64,000 bases of DNA from Acidobacteriota bacterium (GTDB lineage Bacteria > Acidobacteriota > Vicinamibacteria > Vicinamibacterales > UBA2999), in NCBI GenBank assembly GCA_013140775.1, contig JABFSA010000070.1, forward strand, positions 38,838 to 102,837, written 5' to 3'. A program made the translations under genes and the position numbers. Of this stretch, positions 39,532-51,145 are shown piece after piece (positions within the stretch are counted from its first letter, which is position 1; each line of letters begins with the position of its first letter). The notes beneath the pieces are model-generated. The model did no database searches. It was not told the origin of the DNA and saw only the letters and a list, made by a program, of their open reading frames with translations.

Positions 39532-41163
39532 TTACGCCGTGGAGGCGTCGTGGTACTCGCCGAAAACGCGCCTCAGAGTGTCGGCAATCTCGCCGAGAGT
39601 GGCATGCTTCTCTGTAGCCGCCAGAATCGATGGCACGAGGTTGGATCCGTCCCGCGCGGCGCGCTCTACGGCAGTCAAGGCATTGTTCCAGTCGTGTTCG
39701 CTGCGGCCAGCGCGCACGGCGCGAACCCGTTCAATCTGTTGTTCTTCGAGAGCGGGATTCAGCGTGAAGGAGTGTCGGGATTCGGGATTCGGGATTCGGG
39801 ATTCGGAGTCTGAGGAAGCGGTCTTCGACTCCCCAGCCCCGAGCCCCGAGTCCCGATCACCGTATTTGTTAACGCCGACCACAACCGCGTCGCCGGTATC
39901 GATCGCCTGTTGCGCACGATAGGCTTCGTCCTGTATCTGCCGGCGAACATAGCCGCTCTCTATCGCCGAGAGCGCGCCACCAGCTGCGTCCACGCGCTCC
40001 ATCAGTTCGAGCGCTTCACGTTCAAGTTCTGCGGTGCGCTGCTCGATTTCGTACGCGCCGCCAACCGGATCAACCGCATTTGCGACCCCCGTCTCGTGTA
40101 GCAGGATTTGCTGTGTGCGCAGGGCGATCGTCGCGCTTTCCTCGGTCGGCAGCGCGAGCGCTTCGTCGCGGCCGTTGGTGTGCAGCGATTGCGTGCCGCC
40201 GAGTACAGCAGACAGCGCCTGTATGGCGACGCGGACGATGTTGTTGTCGGGCTGCTGTGCGGTGAGGGTGCTCCCGGCGGTCTGGGCGTGGAATCGCAGT
40301 TGCTGCGCACGGGGATTGGTGGCACCGAACTGATCGCGCATGATCCGGGCCCACATCCGCCGCGCCGCCCTGAACTTCGCGATCTCCTGGATGAACCCGT
40401 TGTGCGCGCTGAAGAAGAACGAAATGCGCTGGCCGAACACGTTCGCGTCGAGGCCGGTATCCACCGCGGCCTGCACGTAAGCTCGCGCGTGAGACAGCGT
40501 GAACGCAATCTCCTGTGCTGCTGTCGAACCAGCCTCGCGGATGTGATACCCGCTGATGGAAATCGGATTCCAACGAGGCATCTCGCCCGCGCAGAACCCG
40601 ATCACATCGGTGACGATCCGCATGGAGGGCCGTGGAGGGTAGATGTGCGTGCCCCGGGCCACGTATTCCTTGAGGATGTCGTTCTGCAGAGTCCCCGAGA
40701 GCTGGGCGAGCGCCACGTTCTGCCGCCTGGCGACGGCGGCATAGAGCGCGAGCAGAATGATGGCGGTCGCGTTGATGGTCATCGACGTCGAAACACGGTC
40801 GAGCGGGATGTTCGCGAAGAGCGTCGCCATGTCTTCGATCGAGTCGATGGCGACCCCGACCCGTCCCACCTCGCCTGCTGCCAGCGGGTGATCCGAGTCG
40901 TACCCAATCTGCGTCGGGAGGTCGAAGGCCACGCTGAGCCCGCTGACTCCCTGCTCGAGGAGATAGAGAAACCGTTTGTTGGACTCCGCGGCATCCGCAA
41001 ACCCGGCGTATTGCCGCATCGTCCAGGGCCGGCCCCTGTACATGTCGGGCTGAACGCCGCGCGTGAATGGAAACTCGCCCGGAAGGCCAATGTCCCGGTC
41101 GAAATCGAGCGACTCCAGGTCCCCTGGCGTTGTGAAATGCGATGAGGACGGACGAGTGGTCAT
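39532..41163 (-). CDS. methylmalonyl-CoA mutase family protein, large catalytic (substrate-binding barrel) subunit without B12-binding domain
   Basis: [51 protein letters not shown]. Start set at ATG 41163 (MTTRPSS..). Contains an in-frame repeat insertion after VNKY. Confidence 0.9.
   Translation of the reverse strand: MTTRPSSSHFTTPGDLESLDFDRDIGLPGEFPFTRGVQPDMYRGRPWTMRQYAGFADAAESNKRFLYLLEQGVSGLSVAFDLPTQIGYDSDHPLAAGEVGRVGVAIDSIEDMATLFANIPLDRVSTSMTINATAIILLALYAAVARRQNVALAQLSGTLQNDILKEYVARGTHIYPPRPSMRIVTDVIGFCAGEMPRWNPISISGYHIREAGSTAAQEIAFTLSHARAYVQAAVDTGLDANVFGQRISFFFSAHNGFIQEIAKFRAARRMWARIMRDQFGATNPRAQQLRFHAQTAGSTLTAQQPDNNIVRVAIQALSAVLGGTQSLHTNGRDEALALPTEESATIALRTQQILLHETGVANAVDPVGGAYEIEQRTAELEREALELMERVDAAGGALSAIESGYVRRQIQDEAYRAQQAIDTGDAVVVGVNKYGDRDSGLGAGESKTASSDSESRIPNPESRHSFTLNPALEEQQIERVRAVRAGRSEHDWNNALTAVERAARDGSNLVPSILAATEKHATLGEIADTLRRVFGEYHDASTA
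39775..39856. repeat. Imperfect palindromic element built from GGGATTC-type heptamers, embedded in-frame in the mutase gene
   Basis: Left arm TCGGGATTCGGGATTCGGGATTCGGGATTCGGAGTC, 16-nt spacer, right arm GACTCCCCAGCCCCGAGCCCCGAGTCCCGA (an imperfect reverse complement). Confidence 0.8.
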
Positions 41164-41247
41164 CGGCGTCGGGATTCTACCTTGCGGCGCCCTCGCGACC
41201 GGCCGCACCAACTCACCTGGCGACTCGATTCGAGGAGCGGTGATTCG

Positions 41248-41276
41248 TTGACACCCACTGGCCGTGCTTCTACAAT
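41248..41276 (+). promoter_or_regulatory. Consensus-like sigma-70 promoter TTGACA-17 nt-TACAAT
   Basis: -35 at 41248-41253 and -10 at 41271-41276, about 130 nt upstream of ATG 41415, in a 250-bp divergent intergenic region. Confidence 0.5.
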
Positions 41277-41414
41277 GCCCCAGTCTCCTCTGGGGGAGGC
41301 TAAACCACTGTGAATGAAACCTTTGGCGCTCCATCCGTGCTACGCGCGCGTCACGTAGCCTGGATTTAGACGAGCGTCCGGACCCGGCCTGGCGGCGGGT
41401 GAGGAGGAGCAGAG

Positions 41415-41717
41415 ATGGATGACGTCGTGAACCGCTTTGCCAAAGAGCTGGCCGACGCGATTGCCGCTGCTGTTGCCGACAACCCCAAAGTTGAAGCGTG
41501 CCGCGACAAGGCCCGCGAAGCCGGGTTTGAAATGCGCGTCACCCTCGAGGCCGTCGTGGGGTTCGTCAACCGGAACAACGGCGGCGCGGTGACCAAGATC
41601 ACCACCCCCGCTCGCTTACTGCCTGGAAGCCGCTCGTTCGGGCTGACCGCGAACGATCGCCGGTTCCTTCGGTCGTTGCGCATCGGCGCCGACGAAGCTC
41701 GGGAACCGGTCGAGTAG
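41415..41717 (+). CDS. hypothetical small protein (100 aa)
   Basis: Strong RBS GGTGAGGAGGAG 5-8 nt upstream of the ATG. High GC3 codon usage like neighbouring genes. No family recognised. Confidence 0.65.
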   Translation: MDDVVNRFAKELADAIAAAVADNPKVEACRDKAREAGFEMRVTLEAVVGFVNRNNGGAVTKITTPARLLPGSRSFGLTANDRRFLRSLRIGADEAREPVE

Positions 41718-41727
41718 CACGCTCCCG

Positions 41728-42474
41728 CTAGGTGGCCTTCCCCTGGTTGGCCACCGAGCGCTCCGCCGCTTTCACGGCCTCCGCGTCTCCCAGATAGAAC
41801 TTTCGTATCGGTTCGAGGCTGCTGTTCAACTCATAGACCAGCGGAACGCCCGTCGGGATGTTCAACTCGACGATCGCCTCATCCGACACGTGGTCGAGAT
41901 ACTTCACGAGCGCCCGAAGGCTGTTGCCATGCGCCGCGATGACGACGTTGCGCCCGGCGAGGATGTCGGGGGCAATCGTGTGATGCCAGTACGGAAGGAA
42001 TCTCGCGACCGTGTCCTTCAATGATTCGGTGAGCGGTAGCTCGTCTGGTGCCAGTGCCGCATACCGGCGGTCCTTCGATGGATGGCGGTCGTCTTCCTCG
42101 GTCAGCGGCGGGGGCGGGATGTCGTAGCTGCGGCGCCAGATCTTCACCTGTTCCTCACCGTGCGCCGCTGCCGTCTCGGCCTTGTTGAGCCCTTGCAGGG
42201 CTCCGTAGTGCCGTTCGTTCAGACGCCAGGAACGATGGACCGGGACCCACAGCAGGTCCATCTCATCGAGCGCGATCCAGAGCGTCCGAATGGCGCGCTT
42301 GAGCACCGAGGTGTATGCGACGTCGAACGCGAACTTCTCCGCGGCCATCAGGCGCCCGGCGGTCTGCGCCTCCAGCCGGCCTTTGTCGCTCAGATCGACA
42401 TCGGTCCATCCCGTGAATCGATTCTCACGATTCCAGGTGCTTTCTCCGTGACGAAGTAGAACCAGTCTGTGCAT
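41728..42474 (-). CDS. gpmA: 2,3-bisphosphoglycerate-dependent phosphoglycerate mutase
   Basis: [31 protein letters not shown]. Confidence 0.95.
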   Translation of the reverse strand: MHRLVLLRHGESTWNRENRFTGWTDVDLSDKGRLEAQTAGRLMAAEKFAFDVAYTSVLKRAIRTLWIALDEMDLLWVPVHRSWRLNERHYGALQGLNKAETAAAHGEEQVKIWRRSYDIPPPPLTEEDDRHPSKDRRYAALAPDELPLTESLKDTVARFLPYWHHTIAPDILAGRNVVIAAHGNSLRALVKYLDHVSDEAIVELNIPTGVPLVYELNSSLEPIRKFYLGDAEAVKAAERSVANQGKAT

Positions 42475-42480
42475 GGGGTG

Positions 42481-45100
<2,620 letters not shown>

Positions 45101-45207
45101 ATGGTGGTCGGAGTGCCGGAGAAGGGGTTCCGATGATAGCACGCGCCCGGGCTGCATTTTCCCGCCAGAACCGCCATTTCCCCAAGAACTTCCGCTGTTT
45201 TCGCAGT

Positions 45208-45236
45208 TTGACTTGACCCTGTTTCGTGCCTATGAT
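45208..45236 (+). promoter_or_regulatory. Sigma-70-like promoter TTGACT-17 nt-TATGAT
   Basis: -35 at 45208-45213 and -10 at 45231-45236, about 40 nt upstream of ATG 45276 (RBS GGAGAGG). Confidence 0.5.
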
Positions 45237-45275
45237 CAGGCGTTTGAAGGTCACTTTTGTATCGGAGAGGAACCG

Positions 45276-46307
45276 ATGAGTATTGGTCGGGTTTTTACAT
45301 TCGCCGTTGTCGCAGCCACGCTGGTCAGCGCCCCAGCTCTCGTCGCCCAGAACCAGCCGAATCGCCGAGATCAGGAGCGCCGCAGCCAGCAGGAACAGCG
45401 TGACACCCAAGCGCTCGTTCAGTTGGTCGATGCCATCGTCGCTGGCAAACAGCCGGCGCCAACCGATATCGCCGTCAAATGGGAAGCGAACCACTTCATG
45501 CGGGGAGCCGACGGCACCACGTATGTTCCATTCAGCCTGACGCTCGATTCCTCGAAACTCGCCGCGCCCGGTGTCGGCCTCTATGTCCGGGTCATCGGCA
45601 AAGGCGCGCCGCCGGCGCCAGCTGCCAACGATAAGGATAAGAAGGGGCCGGCGTATCCGTGGGACAACGTGCAGTTCGTTGACGTCCCGGCCGACGGCAA
45701 GGTGGCTCGCGCGATGGCACTCAGAGCCGGGGAATACGACGTGCTGGTGACGATCAGGGAGAAGAGCCCTCTCGAGAACCAGCGCAATGCTCCGCCCCTC
45801 AAGGCCGGCTTCCTGCGCCACACCATCACCGTTCCCGATCTGGCAGGTCCGGAACTGTCCACCAGCTCCCTGCTGATCGGATCCATCGAACAGTTGTCAG
45901 CTCCATTGCCAGCAGCGGAGCAGCAGGCAAACCCCTACACGTTCGGCACCATGCGCGTCACGCCGTCGCTCGATGCCAAGTTGAAGAAGAGCGGGGAGCT
46001 GGAGGTGCTGTTCTGGGTGTATGGAACGCAGGCGAACGCCGGGAAGCCTGACCTCCAGATTGAGTACAACTTCCACCAGAAGACCGCTGAAGGTGAGAAA
46101 TACTTCAATAAGACCGCTCCGCAGCTTCTGAATGCGACTACTCTGCCAGCACAGTTCGACCTCGCGGCGGGTCATCAGCTGCCCGGAAGCCTGGTCGTGC
46201 CGTTGGCGAGCTTCCCGGTTGGTGATTACCGGCTCGAGATCAAGCTCACGGACAAGCTTTCAGGTAAGACCCTGACCCAGAACCTCAACTTCACCGTCGA
46301 GGCCTGA
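45276..46307 (+). CDS. hypothetical secreted protein
   Basis: Signal peptide MSIGRVFTFAVVAATLVSAPALVAQ, beta-rich sequence. No family recognised. Confidence 0.65.
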   Translation: MSIGRVFTFAVVAATLVSAPALVAQNQPNRRDQERRSQQEQRDTQALVQLVDAIVAGKQPAPTDIAVKWEANHFMRGADGTTYVPFSLTLDSSKLAAPGVGLYVRVIGKGAPPAPAANDKDKKGPAYPWDNVQFVDVPADGKVARAMALRAGEYDVLVTIREKSPLENQRNAPPLKAGFLRHTITVPDLAGPELSTSSLLIGSIEQLSAPLPAAEQQANPYTFGTMRVTPSLDAKLKKSGELEVLFWVYGTQANAGKPDLQIEYNFHQKTAEGEKYFNKTAPQLLNATTLPAQFDLAAGHQLPGSLVVPLASFPVGDYRLEIKLTDKLSGKTLTQNLNFTVEA

Positions 46308-46334
46308 TCGCAAGAGGGAACATTGTCCCCACAC

Positions 46335-48212
46335 ATGACCCGCCACTTCGCGTTTTTCGGCCTGGCGGTGGGGATGTGTGCGGTGGCGGTGCCCGCTCCG
46401 GCACAGACCGTTCCTCCCATCCGGCCGTCACCTGTGTCGCAGGTGACGGCCATTCAACGAGCCGACATCCAGGGAATCGTCAGGGACAACCAGGGCCAGC
46501 CCCTGGAGGGTGTGGTCGTGTCTGCTCTTGGTCCGACGACGGCCTCTGTGGTGTCGGACGCGAACGGCCGCTTCATCCTCCGTCGCCTTCCTGAAGGTTC
46601 CTACCTCGTGCGGGCTCATCGTCAGGGCTACGCGCTCGTCCGTTCGCAGCTGGTTCAGGTCCGTCAGGCGCTGAATCCAACGATGTCGGTCGCTCTCACT
46701 TTGCGGAGTGAAACTGAACAGCCCACGATCCTCGCGGCTGGCGTCGGTCCGGTTGATCAGCCGTCGGGAGCCGAGACGGGTGATGACGTCCGAGATGGCG
46801 GAGAAGTGTTCTGGCGCCTGCGCCACTTGAAGCGCGGTGTTCTCAAGGAAGCCGCCGTTGGACTGGTTGACTCGCTCGGCGCGGGAGGCACCTTCCTCGG
46901 TGACTCACTGGGTGATCTTGGCGCGGCCGTTGGCTCACCAACCCGTTTGGCAACCTCCCTTCTGGCGGACGTGCCTTGGAACGGTCAGCTGGACCTGCTG
47001 ACGAGCACGTCGTTCGATCGTCCACAGGACCTGCTGTCCATGCAGACGTGGATACCTCGGGGTGTTGCGTTTCTCGCCCTCGAGGCGCCGATGCCCAGCG
47101 GTCACTGGGCGATGCGAGGCGCGCTCAGGCAGGGAGACCTTTCATCCTGGGTACTTGCCGGGTCCTATCGCCGCGCTCCTTCGACGCATCGCTACGAGGC
47201 TGGCCTCTCTTACGGCGCCCAGCGGTATCTCGGCGGAAATGCCGATGCCCTGGCCTCCGTCTCCGATGGCAGCCGGAACGCTGGCGTTCTTTACGCTTAC
47301 GACAACTGGACGTTGAGCCCGCGTTTCAGCGTGGACTACGGCGCCAGGTACGCGCGTTACGACTATCTCGCGGAGCGAAATCTGTTTAGTCCGCGTGCGG
47401 GCGTGACGTTCGCGCCCTTGACCGACGACAGTTTGAAGATTCGCGCGACGGTCGCACGCAAGACAGCGGCACCCGGAGCTGACGAGTTTGTCCCTCCCGC
47501 GAGCGGCGTCTCCCTGCCTCCCGAGCGAACCTTTTCGCATCTCTCTCGCCGCGGCTTCGTCGCTGAGCGGCTCGACCATGTGGAACTCGCAGCTGAGCGT
47601 GAGTGGGCGGGCGAGGTGGTCACCGGTGTCCGGGTTTTCCGGCAGGCAGTCGAAGACCAGACCATCACGCTCTTCGGAATCACCACGCCAGGAACAATCG
47701 ACACGAACCTGGGTCACTACTATCTGGCGTCCGCCGGCGACTTCACGGCCCGCGGGTGGGGCGTGAGCGTCAGTCGAACGATTCCGGGGCTTGTTGAGGC
47801 CTCAATCGACTACACCACGGCCACGACAGACTGGACTGGGCGCTCTCCGGACGCTCGTGCCCTCGGCCGGGCGGGCGTATCGCTCGCGTCGGGTCGCGAG
47901 AGGCGACTTCACGATCTGACGACCTCGGTTGTGGGCACGGTCCCTGTGACTGATACGCGGGTGTTTGTGATCGTCAAGGTCAACTCGGGCTTTGTCGAAG
48001 TGGACGGGACAGGGGGCCATGCCGGGACGCGATTCGACCTGCAGGTCAGCCAGTCGCTTCCGTTCATGCAGGTTTCCGGCATCGAGTGGGAAATGCTCGT
48101 GGGGCTCAGGAGTCTCTTCCGGGACGACCTGTTGGATTCGTCGATATACGACGAGTTGCTGGTGTTGCGGTCGCCGAAGCAGCTGGTCGGTGGCGTAACG
48201 GTTCGGTTCTAG
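46335..48212 (+). CDS. outer-membrane beta-barrel protein with N-terminal carboxypeptidase-regulatory-like domain
   Basis: Signal peptide (..AVPAPAQT). CarboxypepD_reg-like block IQGIVRDNQGQPLEGVVVSA.....VVSDANGRF.LRRLPEGSY.VRA. C-terminus ends ..VTVRF (terminal aromatic residue typical of OM barrels). Confidence 0.75.
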   Translation: MTRHFAFFGLAVGMCAVAVPAPAQTVPPIRPSPVSQVTAIQRADIQGIVRDNQGQPLEGVVVSALGPTTASVVSDANGRFILRRLPEGSYLVRAHRQGYALVRSQLVQVRQALNPTMSVALTLRSETEQPTILAAGVGPVDQPSGAETGDDVRDGGEVFWRLRHLKRGVLKEAAVGLVDSLGAGGTFLGDSLGDLGAAVGSPTRLATSLLADVPWNGQLDLLTSTSFDRPQDLLSMQTWIPRGVAFLALEAPMPSGHWAMRGALRQGDLSSWVLAGSYRRAPSTHRYEAGLSYGAQRYLGGNADALASVSDGSRNAGVLYAYDNWTLSPRFSVDYGARYARYDYLAERNLFSPRAGVTFAPLTDDSLKIRATVARKTAAPGADEFVPPASGVSLPPERTFSHLSRRGFVAERLDHVELAAEREWAGEVVTGVRVFRQAVEDQTITLFGITTPGTIDTNLGHYYLASAGDFTARGWGVSVSRTIPGLVEASIDYTTATTDWTGRSPDARALGRAGVSLASGRERRLHDLTTSVVGTVPVTDTRVFVIVKVNSGFVEVDGTGGHAGTRFDLQVSQSLPFMQVSGIEWEMLVGLRSLFRDDLLDSSIYDELLVLRSPKQLVGGVTVRF

Positions 48213-48217
48213 GACAG

Positions 48218-51136
48218 GTGAGCGTGCACTCTTCGGTGACGCGTTTTCCGACCGCTTCATCGCCCTGGGGATCACCCGGTCTGCCGGTGTTCGTGGTGGT
48301 GGCGCTGTTGTGCCTGGGAGTGGCGAACATCGTCACGCGCGCCACGTTCCACGAGATGGAAGACGGTGTCCTCTGGGTGGCGAGCCCACAGGGTGTCGTG
48401 GCGGCGGCGGTAGCGGAAGAAACACCTGCCGCGAAACTGGGCCTTGCCCCAGGTGACGTGTTGCTGGCGATCGACGATCGACCAGTCGAAGTCGTGGCGG
48501 ACGTAGCCCAGACGCTCGAAGCCGCGGTCGAAGGCACGTCGCTGCGGTACACGATTCTTCGTCTCGGAGCCCAGGAGGTTCTCAGCCTCCAGGTCGCACC
48601 CGTTCCCAACGGATCGCGCTCGTTCTACTTCCTCCTGGCCGCCATAGGAATCGTCACGCTTCTTGTTGGCGGCGCCGTTCGTGCCCGGCGTCCCGGCGAT
48701 CCCGCGACGCTGCATTTCTTCTGGTTGTCCGTAACGTCCTTCGGGCTCTTTACGTTCTCATTCAGCGGCCATCTCGATCGCCTCGATTGGGTCTTCTACT
48801 GGGGCGACGCGATTTCCATGCTGCTGTTGCCCGCACTCTTTCTGCATTTCACGCTCGTATTTCCCGAGCGTCCGGCGGCGAGAGCGACGCGGCACTCGGG
48901 TCAGTTGCTTGTTGCGCTTCTATACGTTCCGGCGATCGCTCTGGGTGCCGCGCGGGTGATCACCCTGCAGCGCGGCGGTGCGAACCCGTCGTATTTCGTG
49001 GGCGTGCTCGAGACGCTCGATCGCTTCGAGTACGTCTACCTTGCGGCGTACTTCGTCAGTGGGCTTTTCGTTCTCGTCCGCGCACTCAGTGAGGTCCGAT
49101 CGATCATCGCCCGTCGTCAGCTGCGATGGATCACGTGGGGGTCGGCGCTCGGCGTTTCACCATTTGCCATCGGATACGCGCTGCCCTGGGCAATGGGTAT
49201 CCAGCCCTCGCTTTCGATGCAGCTCACGGCAATCCCATTGGGACTTGTTCCAATGGCCTTCGCCTCAGCGATCGTTCGGTACCGACTCACCGACGTCGAG
49301 GTAATCGTCAAGCGCGCGCTCCTGTACGCGGCGGCACCGGCTGCGGTCGGCGTCATCTACGTCGTGTTGCTGCAGGGGTTCGACCGCGTGGTGGCCGGCG
49401 ACGGTCCGGGTCACAACTGGGCGCTTGCTGCGGTGGTTACCCTCATCGCGCTGCTGCTGGCACCCTGGGTCAAGCACACGATTCAGGATGTGCTGGACCG
49501 GGCGTTCTATCGTGACCGGCTGCTGTATCGACGCGCCCTGGTGGGCTTCGCCCGCGATCTGAACAGCGACCTCGATCTCGGCCGTCTGTCAGAACGACTG
49601 GTGTCCCGTGTCATGGAGACACTGCTCGTCGATCGCATGGCATTGATGATTGTTGATGAGACACTGCCGCACTTCGGATCAGTGCGCGCCCTCGGTTTCG
49701 AGGAAGACGGTCCGCCGGACCTGCTGCTGGGATCTCCGATCGGCGCCCGCCTTCGCGCGGGTCACCTCGTGGCGCTCGACGATCCGATGGTTTCGAATCG
49801 GTTTCCTGCAGAGGACGTCGAGTTCTGGCGTGAGGAGGGCGTGAGCTGCTTTATTCCCTGCGTGTCGAACGAAGGGACGATTGCAGTCCTGGTGCTCGGA
49901 CGCAAGGAGACCGGGGAGCCGATCAGCAGCGAAGACACGGCTCTGCTGGCAACGGTGGCGGCCCAGGTAGCGACCGCACTCGAGAATGCGCGTCTCTACA
50001 GGCAACTGCATCTGAAGGCCTCGGAGCTCGATCGTCTTCGAGCCTTCAACGAGAACATTCTCGAGTCGCTTCACGACGGGTTGCTGGTCGTTGACCTGAG
50101 CGATCGCATTGTTCGATGGAACACCGCGCTCGAGGAGATGTACGGCATTCCAAGAGCCAGCGCTATAGGGCTGGAGCTGTCGGATCTGTTCGACGGACCA
50201 ATGGTCGACGCCATTCGGGCGGCCCGTCGGGATGCTCCCAATGGGGCCCTGCTATCGAGGTTGCCTGTTGCCTCACGGCGACACGCCGATGCCCGGCCAA
50301 TGATCGTCAACGTCGCGGTCGTGCCCTTGAAGACCGCCGGAGAGCAGCTCCCGTCACCCGTGGGGACGATCGTCATTCTCGAGGACGTCACGAATCGCGT
50401 CGAGCTCGAAGAGCAGTTGCAGATCTCGGAGAAGATGGCGTCCATCGGTCTTCTTGCCGCCGGTGTCGCGCACGAGGTCAACACCCCACTGACCGGGATT
50501 TCGAGCTTCACGCAGATGCTGCTCGAAGGCGCCGATCCCGAGGATCCGAAGACTCAAATTCTCGAAAAGATCGAACGGCAGACGTTCAGGGCAGCCCGTA
50601 TCGTGAACGGCCTGCTCAGCCTTTCGCGTCCCCCGTCCGCCTCGGGGAGAGATCTGACTACGGCTGTCGACATCAACGTCGTGTTGAACGACGTTCTTTC
50701 TCTGCTCGAACATCAGTTTCAACTGCAGCACGTACGCGTCCGGCGAGATCTCTCTTCTTCCGCAGTACCCGTGCTGGGTTCAGAGCAAAAGCTCCAGCAG
50801 GTCTTCCTCAACCTCTTCCTGAATGCAAAGGACGCGATGCCGAAAGGCGGCTGGTTGTCGGTGACAACCAGGGTTGACGATGGCAGGGCGGTGATCGAAG
50901 TCGCCGACACCGGATCCGGAATCCCGAGCGAGCACCTGGCCCGTATCTACGATCCGTTCTTCACGACCAAGTCCATTGGGCGGGGAACCGGACTGGGCCT
51001 CTCGATCAGTTACGGCATCGTGCGCGAACATCACGGCTCGATCGAGTGCGACAGTGTCGTGGGGCAGGGCACCCGATTCGTCGTCGAATTTCCTCCCGCG
51101 CAGGCCGAACGGCCCCTCCGGGTCGCGCACCAGTAG
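48218..51136 (+). CDS. sensor histidine kinase: TM, PDZ, polytopic membrane region, GAF, PAS, HisKA, HATPase
   Basis: PDZ-like GLAPGDVLLAIDDRPV; about 6-8 TM helices; H-box AAGVAHEVNTPL; N, G1 and G2 boxes (..NA.DAM.., DTGSGI, GTGLGLS). GTG start at 48218 or 48224, just after the upstream stop; the track start at 48086 is rejected. Confidence 0.9.
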   Translation: MSVHSSVTRFPTASSPWGSPGLPVFVVVALLCLGVANIVTRATFHEMEDGVLWVASPQGVVAAAVAEETPAAKLGLAPGDVLLAIDDRPVEVVADVAQTLEAAVEGTSLRYTILRLGAQEVLSLQVAPVPNGSRSFYFLLAAIGIVTLLVGGAVRARRPGDPATLHFFWLSVTSFGLFTFSFSGHLDRLDWVFYWGDAISMLLLPALFLHFTLVFPERPAARATRHSGQLLVALLYVPAIALGAARVITLQRGGANPSYFVGVLETLDRFEYVYLAAYFVSGLFVLVRALSEVRSIIARRQLRWITWGSALGVSPFAIGYALPWAMGIQPSLSMQLTAIPLGLVPMAFASAIVRYRLTDVEVIVKRALLYAAAPAAVGVIYVVLLQGFDRVVAGDGPGHNWALAAVVTLIALLLAPWVKHTIQDVLDRAFYRDRLLYRRALVGFARDLNSDLDLGRLSERLVSRVMETLLVDRMALMIVDETLPHFGSVRALGFEEDGPPDLLLGSPIGARLRAGHLVALDDPMVSNRFPAEDVEFWREEGVSCFIPCVSNEGTIAVLVLGRKETGEPISSEDTALLATVAAQVATALENARLYRQLHLKASELDRLRAFNENILESLHDGLLVVDLSDRIVRWNTALEEMYGIPRASAIGLELSDLFDGPMVDAIRAARRDAPNGALLSRLPVASRRHADARPMIVNVAVVPLKTAGEQLPSPVGTIVILEDVTNRVELEEQLQISEKMASIGLLAAGVAHEVNTPLTGISSFTQMLLEGADPEDPKTQILEKIERQTFRAARIVNGLLSLSRPPSASGRDLTTAVDINVVLNDVLSLLEHQFQLQHVRVRRDLSSSAVPVLGSEQKLQQVFLNLFLNAKDAMPKGGWLSVTTRVDDGRAVIEVADTGSGIPSEHLARIYDPFFTTKSIGRGTGLGLSISYGIVREHHGSIECDSVVGQGTRFVVEFPPAQAERPLRVAHQ

Positions 51137-51145
51137 ACCCCTCCC

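Noticed and set aside
41164-41414. A possible cobalamin riboswitch in the 250-bp region upstream of the B12-dependent mutase. The fragments CCACTGG and ACCACTGTG are reminiscent of the GCCACUG B12-box core.
   Set aside because: There is no exact GCCACUG, no GGGAAGGC-type partner in the right order, and no overall architecture I can recognise by eye. Mutase genes are not typical riboswitch targets. An Infernal scan would be needed; not claimed.
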